NCBI GenBank assembly: GCA_964342815.1 | Contig: CAYFHS010000028.1 | Coordinates: 1 to 50,540 of the forward strand | Direction: 5' to 3' | Origin: an uncultured archaeon | GTDB lineage: Archaea > Thermoplasmatota > Penumbrarchaeia > JASLWR01 | DNA: 50,540 bases | Part shown: positions 28,997-39,573 of the stretch, in pieces | Layout: the number at the start of each line of letters is the position of its first letter | Numbering within the stretch: position 1 is the first letter of the stretch | Notes under the pieces: model-generated | Told to the model about the DNA's origin: nothing | The model's database searches: none | The model's input: only the letters and a program-made list of their open reading frames with translations | Translations under genes and position numbers: made by a program

Positions 28997-29770
28997 ATGA
29001 GCGAGATCGAGATTCTAGGCTGGAACGTGAACGGATATCGTGCGATCCTTAAAAAGGGATTCATAAAATGGTTCCGAGAGCGCTCTCCGGACATTCTCTG
29101 CCTGCAGGAAACCAAGGCCTGGGAGGAGCAGGTACCTGCTGAACAAAGCTCCCCGGAGGGTTATTATTCCTACTGGTCGAAAGGAGTAAGAAAAGGCTAC
29201 AGCGGTGTCGCGGTTTTTTCAAAGCTCGAGCCTCGTGAGGTCATAAGGAATCTCGGGATCGAAAAGTTCGATCAAGAAGGGAGAGTTCTTATCCTCAGGT
29301 ACGAAAAATTCACACTTTTCAATATATATTATCCCAATGGACAGGGTAGTGCCGACAGATTAAGGTACAAGTTGGATTTCTATGATACTTTTCTCGATTT
29401 TGCCGAGGAGGAAAAACGCAGTGGAAATCCACTCGTGATCACGGGCGATTTCAATACTGCTCACAAAAGTATCGATCTCGCCAGACCACGGGAAAATGAG
29501 AATATATCGGGTTTTCTACCCGTGGAAAGAGCTTGGCTGGACATTTTTGTGAAAAGCGGTTATATCGATACCTTCCGGTATTTTCATCCGGAACCGCACC
29601 AATACACCTGGTGGAGTTACAGGACCAGGGCAAGGGAAAGGAATGTTGGGTGGAGACTGGATTATTTCTTTTCTACATCGGATATCGTGGACGATATAGA
29701 GGATTCGTTCATTCTTTCCGACGTGGAAGGATCGGATCATTGTCCGGTGGGTTTGAAGCTTCGAATATGA
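28997..29770 (+). CDS. xth: Exodeoxyribonuclease III / AP endonuclease
   Basis: [52 protein letters not shown]. Confidence 0.97.
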   Translation: MSEIEILGWNVNGYRAILKKGFIKWFRERSPDILCLQETKAWEEQVPAEQSSPEGYYSYWSKGVRKGYSGVAVFSKLEPREVIRNLGIEKFDQEGRVLILRYEKFTLFNIYYPNGQGSADRLRYKLDFYDTFLDFAEEEKRSGNPLVITGDFNTAHKSIDLARPRENENISGFLPVERAWLDIFVKSGYIDTFRYFHPEPHQYTWWSYRTRARERNVGWRLDYFFSTSDIVDDIEDSFILSDVEGSDHCPVGLKLRI

Positions 29771-31227
29771 ATAAAGGAAAAGATATTATGAAGAATGTTA
29801 CCAAAGAGATATTTCTTCAGTCGTTAAACTGCCAGGTCATGGCGTGGCTAATGAGGTCCGGTGAGCTTGATGGCAAACTTACCGTGGGTGAACGGTTCAG
29901 AATGGAGCAGGGCGAGGAGATAGGACGCAGAGCCCGTCTTCTCTTTCCGGGAGGCATTCTCATTGAGGATAAGGGAAATTCGGCTCTCGGGAGAACAAAA
30001 AAATTGATGGCCGATCCGGGGATTACGAAAATCTTTGAAGCGTATTTTCTAGTCGACCGTTTTGTTGCCAGGGCCGATGTTCTGCTGCACGAAGAAAAAG
30101 GCTGGCACATGCTTGAAGTGAAGTCCAGCTCCAGCGAGAAGAAGGAATACCTTGATGATATGGCCTATACAACCATGCTGATACAGGATTCTGGTGTTGA
30201 GGTGAAAAAAGTGTCCCTTGTCATAATCTCTAAGGATTTCAGGCTGGGGATGCCTAATGAAAGACTTTTCAATATTATAGATTATACAGCTGATGTTCTT
30301 GATCGCGCGGAAGAAATGAAAGAGATGCGCCCGGTTATAGACGAGCTTACTTCTATGCCAGAGCGGCCAGAGGGAAAGTTGACGCTGGAATGTAAAAAAT
30401 GCAATCGGTTCAGGGAAGAATTATCGAAAAATGTAAAGAATCATATATTCGATCTCCCAAGGCTCAGTAAGAAAAAATTCAGCGACCTCGCCGAGTTGGA
30501 TATAACCGAAATAGAGAAAATTCCCCCCAATTATAGACTGACCACTCATCAGGAGATGGTCCGAAAGAGCGTGAATTCAGGGGATATTTTTGCCAGTCCA
30601 TCTCTAATAAATGAGTTTGATAAACTAGTTTGGCCGGTATATTATCTTGATTTCGAAACTGTAATGACCGCAATCCCCCTGTATCCTGATATCGCTCCAT
30701 ACACGCAGATCCCTTTCCAGTATTCCATACACCGATCGGCAGGACTGCAAGAGACACCGAGCCATTTCGAGTATCTTGCGGACCCAGGAGCGGACTGCCG
30801 GCGAGAACTTGCCGAAAACCTGATACGGGACCTGGGAAACATAGGTTCCGTACTTATGTACACTTCGTTTGAGAAAAGGATAATCAGAGAACTGGCTGAA
30901 ACATATCCCGATCTGGCCGTTGAGCTGAATCTGATCATATTACGTCTTGCGGACCTTGAAGCTATAATCAGGAAAAATTTCTATCATCCCGATTTTCACG
31001 GGAGTACTTCAATCAAGAAAACTCTGCCTGCACTTGTTCCGGAACTATCGTATGAAGGGCTCAAGATCGGTGAGGGGGGCACAGCAATGAGCGAGTTTGC
31101 ATATATGGCCATGGGAAAGTACGGCAGGGAAGAAGTTAGGAGAAAGAAGAAATATTTATTGGAATACTGCAAACTCGACACCGTGGCAATGGTTAAGCTA
31201 CATGAAAGATTGATTGAATATACCTAA
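29767..31227 (+). CDS. DUF2779-domain protein (PD-(D/E)XK nuclease-like N-terminus, RNase H-like C-terminus)
   Basis: Real start probably ATG 29767 (ATGA overlap with xth stop) or 29788. ARADVL..EVKSSS, YLDFET...[31 protein letters not shown]. Confidence 0.88.
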   Translation: MNKGKDIMKNVTKEIFLQSLNCQVMAWLMRSGELDGKLTVGERFRMEQGEEIGRRARLLFPGGILIEDKGNSALGRTKKLMADPGITKIFEAYFLVDRFVARADVLLHEEKGWHMLEVKSSSSEKKEYLDDMAYTTMLIQDSGVEVKKVSLVIISKDFRLGMPNERLFNIIDYTADVLDRAEEMKEMRPVIDELTSMPERPEGKLTLECKKCNRFREELSKNVKNHIFDLPRLSKKKFSDLAELDITEIEKIPPNYRLTTHQEMVRKSVNSGDIFASPSLINEFDKLVWPVYYLDFETVMTAIPLYPDIAPYTQIPFQYSIHRSAGLQETPSHFEYLADPGADCRRELAENLIRDLGNIGSVLMYTSFEKRIIRELAETYPDLAVELNLIILRLADLEAIIRKNFYHPDFHGSTSIKKTLPALVPELSYEGLKIGEGGTAMSEFAYMAMGKYGREEVRRKKKYLLEYCKLDTVAMVKLHERLIEYT

Positions 31228-31255
31228 TAAAATTGTCGAAACATTTTTTTCGTGA

Positions 31256-31690
31256 TTAGAACTGTTTATCCATCAGACTGACGTTCTCCTCGCAGTAAAC
31301 GCATTGGTAGGTCTTTTTTTCAGTGTCTATCCGAACGAAGGAAGAAGATATGTAAGAGTCCTCGTTCGATATGCAGCGGGGATTCTCACAGTTAAAAAGG
31401 CCTTTGATATGTCTCGGAAGTGCGGGTTTCCGTTTCTCCGCCACCACATTATTCTCGATTATATTTACAATGAGTTGGTGATCTATTAATGCCAGCATTT
31501 CCATGTCCAGGTCGATCCGGTTTTCCACCTTGATAACATCCTTTTTTCCGTATCGGGTAGAAGCGACGTTCATGAGCAGGACAACTGGAAAATGAACATT
31601 CTTCAATTTCAGTTTTCTGAAAATTTCGAGCCCCTTTCCCGCAGTTATATGATCTATAACGATCCCGCGATCAATCGCCTTAACCTTCAT
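31256..31690 (-). CDS. pyrI: Aspartate carbamoyltransferase regulatory chain
   Basis: KAIDRGIVIDHITAG, KDVIKVE, CENPRCISN, CVYCE. Start moved to ATG 31690, preceded by GGAGGTG and overlapping the pyrB stop. Confidence 0.96.
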   Translation of the reverse strand: MKVKAIDRGIVIDHITAGKGLEIFRKLKLKNVHFPVVLLMNVASTRYGKKDVIKVENRIDLDMEMLALIDHQLIVNIIENNVVAEKRKPALPRHIKGLFNCENPRCISNEDSYISSSFVRIDTEKKTYQCVYCEENVSLMDKQF

Positions 31691-32610
31691 TTGTACCACC
31701 TCCCAAGCAGGAGTGACAGAAGCGCCATCCTTGCCGGTACGCCGTTGGCTGCCTGCTGGAAATACCTGCTGCGATCATCGTTATCCACGTCGTAATCTAT
31801 CTCGTTGACCCGGGGTAAGGGGTGCATGACGATCATTCCGGAAGGAGAATTTTTCAGCCGCTTTGTGTTTAGAATATAAGCATTTTTCAATTTTAGGTAT
31901 TCCTTTTCACTGAAAAATCTCTCCTTTTGTATCCGGGTCATATACAGCACATCTGCGTTCTCGATACCCCTTCTAAGGTCTGTTATCTCCATAAAATCGA
32001 CATCCATTTCAGTCAGGTTCGACCGAAGCCAATCCGGGATCCGGAGTTTCTCGGGTGAGATCAAAACGAAGGAGTTACCCTTCCATCTGGACAATGTTTC
32101 CAGCATCGAATGAACTGTCCTGCCGAATTTCAAATCACCGCAGAGTGCGATCTTGAGGTTAGATATCCTGGCGAATTCTTTTTTCAATGTGACGAGGTCC
32201 GTAAGGGTTTGGGTGGGGTGCTTGTGTCCGCCGTCCCCAGCATTGATGATTGGAACAGTTGAGAATTGTGCAGCAAGTTTAGCCGATCCCTCCTTGGGAT
32301 GCCTCAATACAATAATATCGCAATAATCATCCATTACTCTTATTGTATCCGCGAGAGATTCTCCTTTTTTCGACGATGTTGTTGATGCATCTGCAAAACC
32401 CACCACCTTTCCACCTAGGCGGAGCATTGCCGACTCGAAGCTTAGACGGGTCCTAGTTGAAGCCTCGTAGAAAAGAGCCCCCATAATACATCCCTCCAGC
32501 ACTCTACCGTAACCGGTAATGTCCTCGGATATTTCCAGGGCTACATCGACGATCTCTTCTATCTCGTTCGTAGTGAAATCATTAAGAGATATCATTCTTC
32601 TTCCTTTCAT
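31687..32610 (-). CDS. pyrB: Aspartate carbamoyltransferase catalytic chain
   Basis: FYEASTRTRLSFE, KGESLADT, HPTQTLTD, YMTRIQKER, MHPLPR. Start chosen at ATG 32610 after a GAAGGAG RBS. Confidence 0.97.
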   Translation of the reverse strand: MKGRRMISLNDFTTNEIEEIVDVALEISEDITGYGRVLEGCIMGALFYEASTRTRLSFESAMLRLGGKVVGFADASTTSSKKGESLADTIRVMDDYCDIIVLRHPKEGSAKLAAQFSTVPIINAGDGGHKHPTQTLTDLVTLKKEFARISNLKIALCGDLKFGRTVHSMLETLSRWKGNSFVLISPEKLRIPDWLRSNLTEMDVDFMEITDLRRGIENADVLYMTRIQKERFFSEKEYLKLKNAYILNTKRLKNSPSGMIVMHPLPRVNEIDYDVDNDDRSRYFQQAANGVPARMALLSLLLGRWYK

Positions 32611-32745
32611 TTCCATCTCCTTCACTCCTGGTCGTTATAATCTATTACAGAGGAAATACTCCGAAGCGGGTTACATAAGGATGGGTATATATTATTAATT
32701 GATGTTTTATCGAGTGCCGATTTGAAGCGGCCGGATGTCGGAAAA

Positions 32746-35700
32746 CTATCTAAACCGTTTTCCAAGTAGCCGGATAATGAGACCTGAACCAAAATAATCC
32801 AGGGTATACCCTTTTTCCAGGTTCTTTTTGATATCAAATTCGAACATGGAAGTGACCTTTTCGCGGGATTCGGTAACCATTCTGTCAACGACCCAGGACG
32901 AGTCTCTTGCAGTATCCCAGAATATACCTGCGACATCCCCTGCCACACCCTGGATTCGGTGCAGTTCATATTTCTTGTATCGTTTGGTTCCGGGTTTCCG
33001 GAGTATAATGAAATCCATTCTACCGGCAGTAATCCGATTAATTTCGTTCTCGTCCTTAATTCTACCTTCAATGATCTTCCTGCGCCTTTCAATATAGAAA
33101 TATATGCCCCCGATCAAAATTCCTCCAAGACCCACTATCAATAACCATAACCAAATGTTTGAGCCATCTTCTTTTTCCGTAACATCCAAACCGGTTTCAT
33201 TGGATTTATCTTTAGGATCCCTCGACTGCACCGTCAATGTAAAATTGGCAGAATCCGTATTGTTGAAGGCATCTTTGAGCATGAGTGTGATGTTGTATCT
33301 TCCTGAATGCATAAATGAAAATTTCACATTTTCTCCATAAAGGAAGATACTGCTATTGTTATATTCGAAATTCCATGTAAAGTTGACTATACCCACGTTG
33401 TCAGTACTTCCGCTACCGTCCAGTGTAACCAGGGCGCTCTGTAAAACCGTCTTATCGGAGCCGGCGTCCGCTACAGGGTTTGTTGTATCGTTCACTGTAA
33501 TGGCCACCGTATCCGAATGATAATTTCCCACGATATCCCTGACCGCCAAGGTGACGACAAACGAACCGGCATCGTTGAATGTGTAATTTGGACCTACACC
33601 GAATAAAGTTTTTATACCTCCGTTATCGAAGGTCCACGTGTAGTTTACAACAGCCGTGTTGTCAGTGCTGCCGCTTCCGCTAAATATTACATGATCCCCC
33701 TGTTCAACAGTCTGGTCCGGCCCTGCATCCGCAATGGGATTGCTTGTGTCGTTCACCGTTATGGTCACTGTATCCGGATTTGTGTTACCTGCAGCGTCCT
33801 TCACGCTCAATGTTACCACGAATGTCCCTGCGTTGTTAAATGTGTAATTCGCCCCGACTCCAAAAACTGTTTTTGTTCCTCCGTCGTTCAATGTCCAAGT
33901 GTAGTTATCCACACCCACGTTATCGGTACTTCCGGTTCCATTGAACGTAACCAGATTACCCTGGTTCACCGTCTGGTTGATACCTGCATCCGCCATGGGA
34001 ACTGTTATATCATTCACGGTGATCCTCAGGTTATCTGAGTGTGTATTGCCTGCTGCGTCCTTCACGGTCAATGTTACCACAATCCCGCCCGCGTCATTGA
34101 ATGAGAGATTCGTGCTAATCCCGTAGATTATTTTAGAACCGCCGTCTGTAAAGTTCCACGTATAGTTTACAATTCCCACATTGTCTGAGCTATAGCTTCC
34201 GTTCAAACTGAATATCTCGTACTGGTCTACGCTTCTATCCTCACCGGCTTTGGCAACAGGATTAGTGATATCGTTCACTGTCACTGTCATCGTGTCCGTA
34301 TGTGTGTTTCCCGCTGCATCCTTTGCAGTAAGAGTAATCAAGAACTCACCGGCGTTTTTGAAAGTGTAGCTTGGGCTAACCCCGTAAAGAGTCTTCGTTC
34401 CATTGTCAGTGAAATTCCATGTATGGTTCATAACGCCAACTTTATCGGTACTCCCGCTGCCGTCAAATGTCACCTGGCCCCACTGGTCAATTGTCCGGTC
34501 GGGGCCCGCATCCGCTACAGGATTGGTGGTATCCGTTAAGGTTAATGAGATTTGACGAAATTTGGTCATATTTATTTTCTCTTCAATATCCTGAAATCCG
34601 GGGCATGATACATTAATCCGGTAATACTTATCGTAGGTGTAACCCTTTGAATTGTAATTGAATTCGACTCCTTCGAGATAACGGATCTTTCCGTCGAGGT
34701 CCGTCACTCCACGATCCTTAACAAATTGAGTGTTATTGAGTAGTGTTATATTTGCACCCTCAATCGGTGAATTGGAACTATCATTAACGTGAACATTGAC
34801 GTACCAATTAACAGTCAAATTTCCAAAGTCCGCCACCTTAAAAGTATCATTAGTGTAAGTAGTGTTCAAAAAGGTGACGTGAATGCGATGAGTGGGATCG
34901 GTGCCGCTAATATTCAAGGTGAGCCCTTTAGCCGGATTCGTCCAGTTTTTAATGGTTGAATTCACGATTGTGATATTCCGGGTACTACCGCTGATATTGA
35001 TATTCGAATCCCAAGTGTTTGATATATTACAATTTGTAATGGAGGGAGTTGCCGTATCCCCGATGAAGATTCCGTTTCCCTTTGTATAGGTTATATTGGT
35101 TTCTGTAATTTCAGGGCTGGATGTTGTGCCTCCTATCCATATTCCTTTGCCCGAGGAGTTATATATGTCAGTATTGGATATTCTTGGAGAGCCCTTGTCT
35201 ATTCGAATGGCGGTCCCGGATGTGTTGAATATTGTACAGTTAGCGATCACACTGGCCGAATTGAGTCGGATCCCGCCACGATTATTATTACCTTCGATAC
35301 CTGTGTTATTTAACGTACAGTTTAATATTATATTCTCCTTATCTCCAGTGACATTTATACCCCATATAAGTGTCTCGTTTATTGTACAGTTCCTGATCTC
35401 GAGTTTGGAGGTAGGATGGGAGAGGTCTAGAGCATGGATCCCGATCCTGGCGAACCTGATGAAAGTATGGTTGATATAGGCGCTTCCCCCATATTCAACC
35501 ACGATCCCCGTATAGTCCCCGGGTGCGGGAGCAGTACTGTTGCTTGTGATGATGACCGGAGCATCATCGGTTCCCTCGATGATGAGCTTGCCCCCGCCCT
35601 TTACCACGATAGTTCCAAGACCATGACTGCTGTCCATGAAAACGCGGGTTCCGGGTTCGATGGTCAAAGTGGTACCAAAAGTGATGTTGAAATCATCATC

Positions 35701-35904
35701 TACATAATGATCGTCATCCGCGGTCCAGGTCACGTCCACCGAGGTGTGTCCACGGTGAAAAATATTCTGTGCCATTCCCTCGTGATGTGCCCAGTCATTT
35801 AATAGGACCATTCCTGAGAACGCCAACATTAGGGACAATGTGAATGCAATCCCGGTTCTCATATGATGTGGCATAACTTCTACACCTATTTGACATTTTT
35901 TCAA
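32746..35904 (-). CDS. Cell-surface beta-helix plus five PKD repeats, TM helix and WGR-like cytoplasmic domain
   Basis: TLTIEPGT beta-helix start, 'GI.I...I.N..I.N' coils, five 87-aa repeats, TM IWLWLLIVGLGGILIGGIYFYI, tail ending FEFDIKKNLEKGY. Confidence 0.9.
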   Translation of the reverse strand: MKKCQIGVEVMPHHMRTGIAFTLSLMLAFSGMVLLNDWAHHEGMAQNIFHRGHTSVDVTWTADDDHYVDDDFNITFGTTLTIEPGTRVFMDSSHGLGTIVVKGGGKLIIEGTDDAPVIITSNSTAPAPGDYTGIVVEYGGSAYINHTFIRFARIGIHALDLSHPTSKLEIRNCTINETLIWGINVTGDKENIILNCTLNNTGIEGNNNRGGIRLNSASVIANCTIFNTSGTAIRIDKGSPRISNTDIYNSSGKGIWIGGTTSSPEITETNITYTKGNGIFIGDTATPSITNCNISNTWDSNINISGSTRNITIVNSTIKNWTNPAKGLTLNISGTDPTHRIHVTFLNTTYTNDTFKVADFGNLTVNWYVNVHVNDSSNSPIEGANITLLNNTQFVKDRGVTDLDGKIRYLEGVEFNYNSKGYTYDKYYRINVSCPGFQDIEEKINMTKFRQISLTLTDTTNPVADAGPDRTIDQWGQVTFDGSGSTDKVGVMNHTWNFTDNGTKTLYGVSPSYTFKNAGEFLITLTAKDAAGNTHTDTMTVTVNDITNPVAKAGEDRSVDQYEIFSLNGSYSSDNVGIVNYTWNFTDGGSKIIYGISTNLSFNDAGGIVVTLTVKDAAGNTHSDNLRITVNDITVPMADAGINQTVNQGNLVTFNGTGSTDNVGVDNYTWTLNDGGTKTVFGVGANYTFNNAGTFVVTLSVKDAAGNTNPDTVTITVNDTSNPIADAGPDQTVEQGDHVIFSGSGSTDNTAVVNYTWTFDNGGIKTLFGVGPNYTFNDAGSFVVTLAVRDIVGNYHSDTVAITVNDTTNPVADAGSDKTVLQSALVTLDGSGSTDNVGIVNFTWNFEYNNSSIFLYGENVKFSFMHSGRYNITLMLKDAFNNTDSANFTLTVQSRDPKDKSNETGLDVTEKEDGSNIWLWLLIVGLGGILIGGIYFYIERRRKIIEGRIKDENEINRITAGRMDFIILRKPGTKRYKKYELHRIQGVAGDVAGIFWDTARDSSWVVDRMVTESREKVTSMFEFDIKKNLEKGYTLDYFGSGLIIRLLGKRFR
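33226..34533 (-). repeat. Five tandem ~261-bp PKD domain repeats
   Basis: DTTNPVADAG / DITNPVAKAG / DITVPMADAG / DTSNPIADAG / DTTNPVADAG units, each with STDN.G..N.TW and TL..KDAAGN. Confidence 0.9.
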
Positions 35905-36065
35905 TCATTATCCTTCTACACCATCTCTCGGATTTCCAAAGGTTTCCTAATGGTGGTAAATGATAAACAAAGGGAGTTATATTTTCAAATAAAAAAACAA
36001 ATTTATGATATTTCTCAATATTATTGATATATTCAATATTTTTTTATATATAATTATAAATATTA

Positions 36066-37151
36066 GTGACCAATTCATCTAAATGCATGGGAAAAAGTAA
36101 AAAACTCTCTGAAAATGAAGAGAGAATTCTATATGGTCAGGTACGATTTCCATTGTTGAACGACAGGGAGTTAGCTGATACCCTGGGATTTAAAATGACG
36201 ACTCTTACAGCCATTAAAAATAGATTGAAGAAGAATGGTTTAATTTCCAAACTTAGGATTCCCATGTTCCACAAGTTCGATTGTGAACTTTTACAAGTTT
36301 CATTCGGGAGTGCGTTCCCACTCGAACCTTCATCGAATATGTGGAAATTCATAAATAAAGAGGAGCGGAAGAAACCCAGGTGCTTCCTCTCATTAAATGA
36401 TCTGCACCAGAACCTCTACCTTCAAGTGTTCAAGAATTATACCGAGGCTAATCTTATCAACAATAGGTTCCAAAAGTCCCTTTCTAAATTCCGTTTCTAC
36501 AACGAAATAGGTTTTAAACGTTTGATCTTTCCATACCAGTTGGCTACCTATACGAATAATTTCGATTTCGGAGACGTTTTAAAACAGACCTTTGGAATAA
36601 CAGACAAAGTCATACGTGGTGGTAACCAAGAGATTATGAAGACGTCCCGACCGGTTAAATTAAGCAAGCTTGATAAAAAAATATTATACGGTCTGGTAAA
36701 ATATCCATCCTTGTCGGATAGCAGTATCTGTAAAAAGATAAAGACTACGCGGCAGGCAGTGGCCAGAATGAGGAAAAAGTTTGAAAAAGACGGGATCATG
36801 AAAACGGTAAAGATACCTGATTTAAGCATGATGGGATATAGGATGTTAGTTCTTTTCAGTGAAACGCTGGACAGTAACAAGAATAAACAGGTAATAAAGG
36901 AAGGCATGAAAAAGATTGCTGAGATAATGCCACCAGTATTTCAGATTTCCAGTGATATTCAGAATGTTCATCTGTCAGCTTTTCAGGATTTCGAGCATTA
37001 CCAAAAAGCGACGAATGAATTATATTCTTTCTTTGTAGAAAATGGACTCTTTGCAGAACCCCCCGTTTCCATTCCGTTTTCAATGCCCACATACAAAACA
37101 TCATTTAAACTGGATTATTCTAGTGTTATCAAGAACATATTGGGAGTTTAA
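36066..37151 (+). CDS. Transcriptional regulator with two tandem Lrp/AsnC-like wHTH modules
   Basis: LSENEERILYG..RFP.LNDRELAD.LG....TL..IKNRL and LSKLDKKILYG..KYP.LSDSSICKKI...RQAVARMRKKF; start may be ATG 36087. Confidence 0.82.
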   Translation: MTNSSKCMGKSKKLSENEERILYGQVRFPLLNDRELADTLGFKMTTLTAIKNRLKKNGLISKLRIPMFHKFDCELLQVSFGSAFPLEPSSNMWKFINKEERKKPRCFLSLNDLHQNLYLQVFKNYTEANLINNRFQKSLSKFRFYNEIGFKRLIFPYQLATYTNNFDFGDVLKQTFGITDKVIRGGNQEIMKTSRPVKLSKLDKKILYGLVKYPSLSDSSICKKIKTTRQAVARMRKKFEKDGIMKTVKIPDLSMMGYRMLVLFSETLDSNKNKQVIKEGMKKIAEIMPPVFQISSDIQNVHLSAFQDFEHYQKATNELYSFFVENGLFAEPPVSIPFSMPTYKTSFKLDYSSVIKNILGV

Positions 37152-37383
37152 ACATAGATTGTTGATAAGGGATTATTCTCATGGTTTAAACCTAGCGTGT
37201 TGTAAGATCCAAATTTCCGCCGAACTTGTTTATAATCCGGTGGATCAACTAGCTCTCTTCACCAAATCTCCTATAGCGTACAAAACAATTAGGACATTTT
37301 AAAGAAAGATCAAATAGATATATATGATGAGATAGTTATATGATATTATTCAGAGAGTACTATTGAAAATGGAGAAATAATCT

Positions 37384-37914
37384 ATGGGAAAACACATTAG
37401 AAATGATGGAGCTTCCCGGAAAGGACGTGAGAAAGGGCCCCAATCGGGACCAAATTCCCCGGTCCAGGGTAGAAAAGCCGTATGGATTTTTGTCATCATT
37501 ACCGTGTTGGTTATCGTTATTGGTCTTATCGGATACCATTATATCATTCCAAGGGTGCAATTGGATGTGAAAGTCATTTATCACGAGGAGGTCGCAGGAA
37601 ACATTCATGTCAACACTAGACTGACTAACTCTGGGAACCGGATTATAGAGAATCTGGAGGTTTCCCTCGATTATATTGATGAGAAAGGAAAGAATATGGC
37701 CAATCGTCAAGAATTGTTCCCTTCAATAGATCGCGACATCGAACATAATATTCATATCAATTCAACAGGAGACCCAAATATTAATCATACGATCCATCTG
37801 GTTATTAGCTTCTCTGCCGCCGGGAAAGAATACAGTGGGAATTGGACCATGGTAGATGACCAGGGATATATGAACGTAGCCTTCGAAAGAACGGTAAAAG
37901 ATTGGTTTCCCTAA
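37384..37914 (+). CDS. Membrane-anchored hypothetical protein with Ig-like ectodomain
   Basis: N-terminal TM VWIFVIITVLVIVIGLIGY followed by a beta-rich domain (NTRLTNSG). Confidence 0.75.
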   Translation: MGKHIRNDGASRKGREKGPQSGPNSPVQGRKAVWIFVIITVLVIVIGLIGYHYIIPRVQLDVKVIYHEEVAGNIHVNTRLTNSGNRIIENLEVSLDYIDEKGKNMANRQELFPSIDRDIEHNIHINSTGDPNINHTIHLVISFSAAGKEYSGNWTMVDDQGYMNVAFERTVKDWFP

Positions 37915-37948
37915 AAGTTTTATCAATTTCCGAAAGGAGACATGAGCT

Positions 37949-38236
37949 ATGATGCTGAAAGAGCTTGAACTGAAGAACGGATCCGGCATGGCAATGAGAA
38001 TGCAGATGAATAATGCTGCACTATTGGTGATCCGTGCGAAAAAGGGATTCGTCATGTGCGGTTATTTAAACATCGCCATTGCAGATAAACTCGGCGATGC
38101 CGCTTGCATGGTGACAGGTGTTGATTCATTTGATGATGTTTTGAAAGCGAAAGTTATTAAGATTTCCCAAAGAGCGATCGAGTTGGGCATTACAGAGGGG
38201 ATGACCGGCAGGGAAGCGCTTGACATACTTAGCTAA
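37949..38236 (+). CDS. YunC / DUF1805 family protein
   Basis: LLVIRAKKGFVMCGYLNIAIADKLGDAACMVTGVDSFDDVL...A.ELGITEGMTGREAL. Confidence 0.93.
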   Translation: MMLKELELKNGSGMAMRMQMNNAALLVIRAKKGFVMCGYLNIAIADKLGDAACMVTGVDSFDDVLKAKVIKISQRAIELGITEGMTGREALDILS

Positions 38237-38372
38237 AATGGCGAAGTGACAATGAAAATTTACCATACGAGCATTAACTTCCGGATACTCACTATTATCA
38301 GGTACCAATACCTCTTCCTCCCATGAATCGTGACAACAGAATAATATATATTGAATTTTATCAGGCCAGTCA

Positions 38373-39569
38373 ATGGAAGAGCACCAAGTCGTAATTGTTG
38401 GTGGTGGCCCTGCCGGAGGAGAGACCGCTCGATTATTGGCTGAAATGGGTATTGACACGCTATTATTAGAACGTGCGGATTGTATTGGAGAACCGATCCA
38501 ATGTGCAGGTCTTATCTCCCCCCGAACCTATGAACTGGGTGGCTCGCAGTGTAAAATTCTAAATTATATAAAAGGTGGAACGGTCTATTCTCCAGGTGGT
38601 CGATCTATCAGATTATTCTCGGACGAAGTAAAAGCGTACGTGGTCGATCGGGCAGAGTTCGATCAAGGAATTTTGAAGAAGGCTCAAGACGCGGGGGCGG
38701 TCTTGAAAATCGGGGCGAAGGTGGTGGAAGTAAATGAGAATAATGGGCAATATGTATTGAAATACATCACAATAGACGGGGAAAAACATTGCGGGTGCGA
38801 TTTCCTAATAGGAGCTGACGGCTCGGGATCCTTTATCAGAAAGCAATTTGATTTTTCGGAGCCCCAGGAGACACTCCTGGGTTACGGTTCTCACGGGCGG
38901 GGAGCGGATATTCCCAGAGATGAAGTAATAATAATTACGGGGGAGGATGTTGCTCCTGGTTTCTTTGCATGGATAATTCCGGAGGGCCTAGAAGGAGGTG
39001 CTAGAGTTGGTCTTTGTATTCCATCCACCAAGGGGATCCCGGTGGATTATTACCGAAAATTGATGCTTCACCCGATTGCCCGAAAGTACCTTGGTAGTTA
39101 CAAGGCTGATAAATTTATTGCAGGGAAGATCGAACTGGGTTTGCTGGATCGATGCGTAAATGGAAGATGTTCTCTCATCGGAGACAGTGCTGCTATGGCA
39201 AAACCCGTTTCTGGTGGGGGTGTTTATCCTGCGCTTGTAGCAGCTGGAGAGCTCGCAAAAAATATTTCAAAAGAGATAAAAGCGGAGAATAAGGCTCCAC
39301 ACGAACTTATTGACTATCAATTCTTCATCGACAAGAAGATGCGCCCGAACATCTCCCGGGCAATGTCGGGACGCAAATTATATCAAAAATTGACTAAAGA
39401 GGAGATCGAAAAGGCATTTAAGATCCTGCAAAAAGACAGCGTACTTGACTATATTGTTAAAAAGGGTGATATTGATAATCCTATGGATTTAATACCTGGA
39501 GTCGTATTAAAGGCTCCAAAACTCGCATCCTTTGGTATATCAATTCTTTCTTCTTTAATGAAAAGATAA
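38373..39569 (+). CDS. Geranylgeranyl reductase family FAD oxidoreductase
   Basis: VIVGGGPAG, IQCAGLIS, VDRAEFD, IGADG, PGFFAWIIP, GDSAAMAKPVSGGGVY. Confidence 0.9.
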   Translation: MEEHQVVIVGGGPAGGETARLLAEMGIDTLLLERADCIGEPIQCAGLISPRTYELGGSQCKILNYIKGGTVYSPGGRSIRLFSDEVKAYVVDRAEFDQGILKKAQDAGAVLKIGAKVVEVNENNGQYVLKYITIDGEKHCGCDFLIGADGSGSFIRKQFDFSEPQETLLGYGSHGRGADIPRDEVIIITGEDVAPGFFAWIIPEGLEGGARVGLCIPSTKGIPVDYYRKLMLHPIARKYLGSYKADKFIAGKIELGLLDRCVNGRCSLIGDSAAMAKPVSGGGVYPALVAAGELAKNISKEIKAENKAPHELIDYQFFIDKKMRPNISRAMSGRKLYQKLTKEEIEKAFKILQKDSVLDYIVKKGDIDNPMDLIPGVVLKAPKLASFGISILSSLMKR

Positions 39570-39573
39570 TCAT

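Noticed and set aside
29533-29766. N-terminal extension of the DUF2779 ORF
   Set aside because: It overlaps xth in another frame; the ATGA-coupled start at 29767 is more plausible.
29767-31227. CRISPR-associated Cas4 locus
   Set aside because: No repeat-spacer array or other cas genes in the window.
32622-33092. 156-aa minus-strand ORF that appears to bridge the surface gene and pyrB
   Set aside because: Alternate frame of the surface gene's 3' end; no motif and no slippery site noticed.
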